This document shows, piece by piece, positions 59,455 through 64,000 of a stretch of DNA of 64,000 bases. Where the stretch lies: positions 1,178,001 through 1,242,000 of the forward strand of contig JAQOWU010000008.1 in assembly GCA_030867685.1 (NCBI GenBank), in the 5' to 3' direction. How positions within the stretch are numbered: the stretch's first letter is position 1; the number at the start of each line of letters is the position of its first letter. A program made the translations under genes and the position numbers. Under the pieces are notes generated by a model, which saw only the letters and a list, made by a program, of their open reading frames with translations, was not told where the DNA came from and ran no database searches. This DNA comes from Wickerhamiella versatilis. Its lineage: Eukaryota.

Positions 59455-62400
59455 TTAATCCTCTAGTATGCCATATTGAGCACTCATCAAGGCAAATCGG
59501 ACATGATTTAGGCCATATCTTCCCAGCTTTCTTGAGTATTGCAATTGGCGTCGCACATCCAAAGCCCAGAATTTTTTTGCGTAGTCGAGATCAATTAAGG
59601 GCTGTGCTGTACCATGTTCTGCGTGTAGCGAACGATGCATTCTTGAATTTAGGCATGCTACCGGCTGTTCTTTGTCCATCATTTGCTGGGTGACTACGAA
59701 AAGTGTGCGGAATGCATCCTCCTCAACAGGCTCAACTGCAATTATCGATCCATCTTCAGTTCCACCGACGGCAATAAGATCAGAGTCTTCGCGCTCAAGC
59801 ATTGTCATGGTACTGGCAACCTGGCCAGTAAATGCTACAGCTCGGAGAATGAGATTTGTACCGCCCTCAGATTGTGGTGATTCGGGATCAAATTGTAAAA
59901 GATGAAAGCGCCCGATAAGATCGGAAACCACAATATATAAATCTTCGCGTACAGAACTAGAAACAATTTCTGCGCTTGCAATTGGTATCTTCAAGCTTGA
60001 TTTTGACAATGTTTCCAACCGTTGCTGGTCCGTACCGTAAAAAACTAGTTTTGATCCTTGAATACGATCTCCAGCAAATAAGATATTCCGGATTGATTTG
60101 AGAGACTGCGTAGATCCATCTGTATCGAGAAATGCAATTGGCTCTAGTTCAAAGTGGTCTTTAAGTTTGTAGGTCAACAGGTGACGGCCATGGCTTGCAA
60201 CTAGTCGGCCCATAACTGAACAAAGGCCACTAACAGCACCATGAACGGAGAAAGCAGAACGAAGTCGAAGTACATTAGGAGACGCCTGTTTCGACATACT
60301 AGCGACATGGATATTTCCATTGAGAGGTGCAGCATCGCCTTTATCAAGAAATATTGCCGTGCCTATAACCAACACCTCGCGGTATTGTACACCGTAGCCA
60401 GCAACATCTAGATTCGTGCAAATTAGAGATAAAATAGATTCTGACAGCTGAACCATCTGTATCTCTCTCCATGAATCGTCATAGACATATATTTGTCCTT
60501 CTTCTGTTCCCACAACGAGGTACCCAGTTTTATTGTGAAACGCTAAGGCCGTGATTTTACCTGAAACATCTACTATCCGGCATGGAATATCGGCGCGAGT
60601 AATATCGACAGATGGCAGCTTACTGACGTATATGCGGCCTTGAGAATCAAGATACGCTAACTCATCCCCTTCTGCTGTAATATCCAGTACTCTGTGAACA
60701 GCAGCATCAACAAGTATACATCTCCATGCAGAATAAGGTCCTCGTATGATCAAATATGGCTTCTTCCCTGGTATAAAAAATGCATTCATCCCGCACCACT
60801 CGACAGGTACCGGTGCTCGTCTTACTACGAATGGCACAGTGAACTCCTTGACCAACGTCACTGGCGATATTCGAGCATATATGACAAAAGACGAATCCAT
60901 TAATATTCCAACATAATTCACAGTTCCGACTTTGAGGGTATAAATCGCATCAATTGGAATATCATCTTCAATCTGCATTGCCTCGGATGGATGGCTAGGG
61001 AGCCCAGACATACTGAAATTATGGCTTTCACCATTTTCCGCTATTGCTATCTGTGATCCTTTTGCACCTACCATCCACCCTTGCTCGCTAAGTGCACAGA
61101 CACTCGTGTCCTGTATAGGAACATCGAGCCAGTTTAGTCGTTGTTGACGTACCTCTAAATACTTCAGTGTTTCACCTTCATAAACAAGGAGCAGTCGATT
61201 CTTTTTGATCTCAGCGAATATACAACACTCATTCAAGTCTGCTTTCTCAATAAGATTCCAGTCATATGAAACCAAAGCTATAGAATACCTTTGCACAACT
61301 AAAATTCCACCCTCTACCTCAGATACAGCTAATGTAGGCTGTTCATGTAAAAAGTCCTGAGTATGTATAGGTTTCACGAATTGGGGCGATTTGTAGACCG
61401 TAGTGGATGACTCGTCAGTGACTATAAGATTGCCGGCAACAAGCCAGAGCTTATTGGGCCGCCTTCGTCTAGCTTCAAGACGATGACTGCCCTCAGCAAT
61501 ATCTATAGCATGCGTCCAGACATATAATAGATCCCTACTTGCTGCGATCAGGACATGTGGCTCAGGGCTAATTACTGCACTGATTGGACCCACCCCTTTC
61601 AATACTGGGCCCTCGTCAAAAGTGAAATTCAGTTCCTCCTGACTGCTATCAGCATATGCCTCATCTTCCCCTAACTCACTTGGAATTGCCTTGCTGACTT
61701 TTTCTAAAGAATATCTGAGAATGGGGGAATCACCCTTACATCCAATAAATATGTGACCAGAAACTACAGAAAGTGTAGTAGGGAGCTTGAATACTTTCCG
61801 CATATCTAGAGTGCTGATAAGAAGTCCTTCATTTGATATAGTAAGTAACCTTAGACCGTTTTCCTTCAGTGCCAGTATAACATATTGAGAATCAGGAACA
61901 TGTGCGGCAACAGCGCCTTCGAAACCATCTTCTATAGTAACTTGCGAAAACTGTCCAGTTGAAGATACATAAATAAGCTCTGATGGACCCATTAGTAGGC
62001 ATCCACCTAGAGGTTTGCCAAGAGGGACAATAGTGGAAAGATTCCATGGCAATCCAACAGATTGCACGACTGGCATTGATATTCGCCGGTCTAGATCAAT
62101 GCTAAGCGCCATGAATCCGGTATTATCACATATTTTTGGGAGTAAGCCTGTCCAGCTTCTCGGCTGCCTATAAAGAACTGCTAAGGTGGGATCACGGTAG
62201 CCATAAAGATAGGCCATATCAACGATATTCACACACTTCATATCAAGTTCAGATGAACCAAGAATGATGCTAGATTCAAATTGTCGAGTGGTCTTATCTT
62301 TATCTGTGACCTCCTCGTCAATATCTTTAATTAAGGGTAACATTGCAAGACAGTCTCTTTGAAACAAATAAGAGATACAGTTGCGATTGGGATCAACGGT

Positions 62401-62760
62401 AAGTCGGGTAGTGAACTTTGTATCACTGAAATGGTCGAGACTCACTTCGCGTTCATAGAAGTGAATGCTTTGGGTAGCCAATATTCTTTCTTCTGGCTTC
62501 CACTTCAGGATCGCCAGCTTTGCTATCTCGAACGCTATAACAATGCTATCATCCTCATACTCTGAATCACGGGGCAACGTCTTTATATGCGTGACTTTGC
62601 CATCTAGCTTGAACTCACTGATCCAGTCAAGTGTATCCATTAAATATATAGACAAGTAAGATGACCCTCGAATAACAATCAGATATTCATGGCCGCCAAA
62701 TGTAGCCACAGTGCTATGAGTGACTGCACCAGGAGGTGTAGCCTCCCGAAAGAGGTGCAT
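59455..62760 (-). CDS. CFT1: Cleavage/polyadenylation factor Cft1 (CPSF160), divergent and shortened
   Basis: PP.AVTHS, AKLAIL.W, TQSIHFYE, LYGYRDPTLAVLY, W.G.LP, GD..QG and FDPESPQSEGG..L, LN.RMHR. Confidence 0.85.
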   Translation of the reverse strand: MHLFREATPPGAVTHSTVATFGGHEYLIVIRGSSYLSIYLMDTLDWISEFKLDGKVTHIKTLPRDSEYEDDSIVIAFEIAKLAILKWKPEERILATQSIHFYEREVSLDHFSDTKFTTRLTVDPNRNCISYLFQRDCLAMLPLIKDIDEEVTDKDKTTRQFESSIILGSSELDMKCVNIVDMAYLYGYRDPTLAVLYRQPRSWTGLLPKICDNTGFMALSIDLDRRISMPVVQSVGLPWNLSTIVPLGKPLGGCLLMGPSELIYVSSTGQFSQVTIEDGFEGAVAAHVPDSQYVILALKENGLRLLTISNEGLLISTLDMRKVFKLPTTLSVVSGHIFIGCKGDSPILRYSLEKVSKAIPSELGEDEAYADSSQEELNFTFDEGPVLKGVGPISAVISPEPHVLIAASRDLLYVWTHAIDIAEGSHRLEARRRRPNKLWLVAGNLIVTDESSTTVYKSPQFVKPIHTQDFLHEQPTLAVSEVEGGILVVQRYSIALVSYDWNLIEKADLNECCIFAEIKKNRLLLVYEGETLKYLEVRQQRLNWLDVPIQDTSVCALSEQGWMVGAKGSQIAIAENGESHNFSMSGLPSHPSEAMQIEDDIPIDAIYTLKVGTVNYVGILMDSSFVIYARISPVTLVKEFTVPFVVRRAPVPVEWCGMNAFFIPGKKPYLIIRGPYSAWRCILVDAAVHRVLDITAEGDELAYLDSQGRIYVSKLPSVDITRADIPCRIVDVSGKITALAFHNKTGYLVVGTEEGQIYVYDDSWREIQMVQLSESILSLICTNLDVAGYGVQYREVLVIGTAIFLDKGDAAPLNGNIHVASMSKQASPNVLRLRSAFSVHGAVSGLCSVMGRLVASHGRHLLTYKLKDHFELEPIAFLDTDGSTQSLKSIRNILFAGDRIQGSKLVFYGTDQQRLETLSKSSLKIPIASAEIVSSSVREDLYIVVSDLIGRFHLLQFDPESPQSEGGTNLILRAVAFTGQVASTMTMLEREDSDLIAVGGTEDGSIIAVEPVEEDAFRTLFVVTQQMMDKEQPVACLNSRMHRSLHAEHGTAQPLIDLDYAKKFWALDVRRQLQYSRKLGRYGLNHVRFALMSAQYGILED

Positions 62761-63088
62761 GTGAGGACCTCGGCTGAATCATCGATAGACCTAACTCCAT
62801 AGAATTATTATGCCTCTCCTATTTACTCGTCCCGAAGTATATTCCCGAATTAAATGGTTACCTTTTTATTCAAAAAAAGCTTTGGGGAACTCATAACTGA
62901 ATTTAAATGTTATCGGCTACATTATAGATATGTTTTGTTTCACTGATATGGGTCATGCCTGGTGGTAACCCTCACTGTCAATACTTATATTTCCAATAAA
63001 AATAGCCAAAATAACACTTATCAAACAGTATATCATTTGTTCCGTGATTCCATCAGATGACTGATCTGCACCCGAGTAATCAAATTTG

Positions 63089-64000
63089 ATGTCGGAAGGT
63101 CCGGTTACTTTAAGTACAGGGACCAGTTTTGCGGCAGGTGCTGTTGCTGCCTGTATGGCAGTAACAGTCACAAATCCGATAGAAGTGGCAAAGACGAGAT
63201 TGCAGCTTCAGGGTGAACTTTCTGCTTCAACAAGTGCACCTCGAATCTATAAAAATCCGCTGCAAAGCATGCGGATAATAGCCACAAAAGAGGGATTCAA
63301 AGGTATACAGTCGGGTTTGTTTCCAGCGTACTTCTATCAAGTAATGCTTAATGGGGTCCGTTTAGGTTGTTATGAACCGGCACGCCGACTAACGAACCAA
63401 GCTTTTGGAATTGACCCACACGAACGTAACCATTTGATTGGAATAGGTGTAGGTGCATTTACCGGAGCAGTAGGTGCATTTCTTGGATCACCTTTCTATC
63501 TTGTCAAAGTTCGAATGCAGTCGTATTCACCTACGATGCCTGTCGGAGAACAGACTTACTACCGATCAGTCTATAATGGGCTTTCATCGCTCTGGAAACA
63601 AGGTGGTTTCACGTCGTTGTATAGAGGCGTTTCTGCTGCCTGCACACGGACAGCCATTGGGTCCAGTGTTCAGCTTCCAATATACCATGTGACGTCTGCT
63701 CTCATTGATGATACAGGTTTGATTGGACCAGGGCTCTCACGTACATTGTGTTCAAGTATTGCAGCAGGCGTTGGTGTAGCATTCGTTATGAGCCCCCCGG
63801 ACGTTATTATGACGAGAATGTATAATCAACAAGGGGATCTGTATACTGGATTAGTAGATTGTTTTGCGAAGACTGTACGTTCTGAGGGTTTGTTTGCACT
63901 TTATAAAGGTTTTGGTGCCAATGCTCTCCGTATAGGTCCTCATACAATCCTCTCTCTAACCTTCCTTGAGTATACAATGAAATTTGCCAGGTGGATTGAG
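63089..64000 (+). CDS. OAC1: Mitochondrial oxaloacetate carrier (partial; runs off the window end and is absent from the ORF track)
   Basis: Manual translation from ATG 63089 gives MSEGPVTLSTGTSFAAGAVAACMAVTVTNPIEVAKTRLQLQGEL...LNGVRLG.YEP...SPFYLVKVRMQSYS...GSSVQLP...RMYNQ.GDLY...GPHTILSLTFLE. No stop before 64000. Confidence 0.93.
   Translation, partial: MSEGPVTLSTGTSFAAGAVAACMAVTVTNPIEVAKTRLQLQGELSASTSAPRIYKNPLQSMRIIATKEGFKGIQSGLFPAYFYQVMLNGVRLGCYEPARRLTNQAFGIDPHERNHLIGIGVGAFTGAVGAFLGSPFYLVKVRMQSYSPTMPVGEQTYYRSVYNGLSSLWKQGGFTSLYRGVSAACTRTAIGSSVQLPIYHVTSALIDDTGLIGPGLSRTLCSSIAAGVGVAFVMSPPDVIMTRMYNQQGDLYTGLVDCFAKTVRSEGLFALYKGFGANALRIGPHTILSLTFLEYTMKFARWIE

Noticed and set aside
62953-63692. 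Track ORFs 62953-63171 (-) and 63474-63692 (+)
   Set aside because: Both overlap the real OAC1 reading frame that starts at 63089.

Overview
This is a eukaryotic nuclear window from an extremely compact ascomycete yeast genome. It uses the standard code: CTG sits at conserved Leu positions, e.g. NLKP in Prp8. PEX16, a Red1/ZFC3H1-like gene and an NCBP3-like gene point to a lineage outside Saccharomycetaceae, possibly the Yarrowia/Wickerhamiella-Starmerella side of Saccharomycotina (inference only). About 39 protein-coding genes tile the window and none shows an evident coding intron: AUR1, SAT4, TPK, PEX16, NGG1, MAS1, SDH4, PRP4, SEC23, GAB1, SMX3, a GH76, HDA3, AOS1, DPL1, BET2, DPB2, SOF1, a PUF, an RPO41-like polymerase, PRP8, TRM8, TUB4, a sugar porter, STS1, a giant SCS2/VAP, RPN9, TIF35, GPI11, CFT1, a partial OAC1 missed by the ORF track, and several orphans. 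I saw no tRNA, rRNA, transposon or CRISPR. The most notable observations are: (1) a shortened, divergent T7-like mitochondrial RNA polymerase with a remodelled fingers/motif B region, preceded by two MCB-like boxes; (2) a 981-aa VAP with a roughly 830-aa disordered, repeat-containing spacer; (3) very short intergenic gaps, with transcription-factor motifs 10-30 bp from start codons and TGTA immediately after several stop codons; (4) a divergent Prp8. All gene identities come from motifs recognised by eye, not from database searches.
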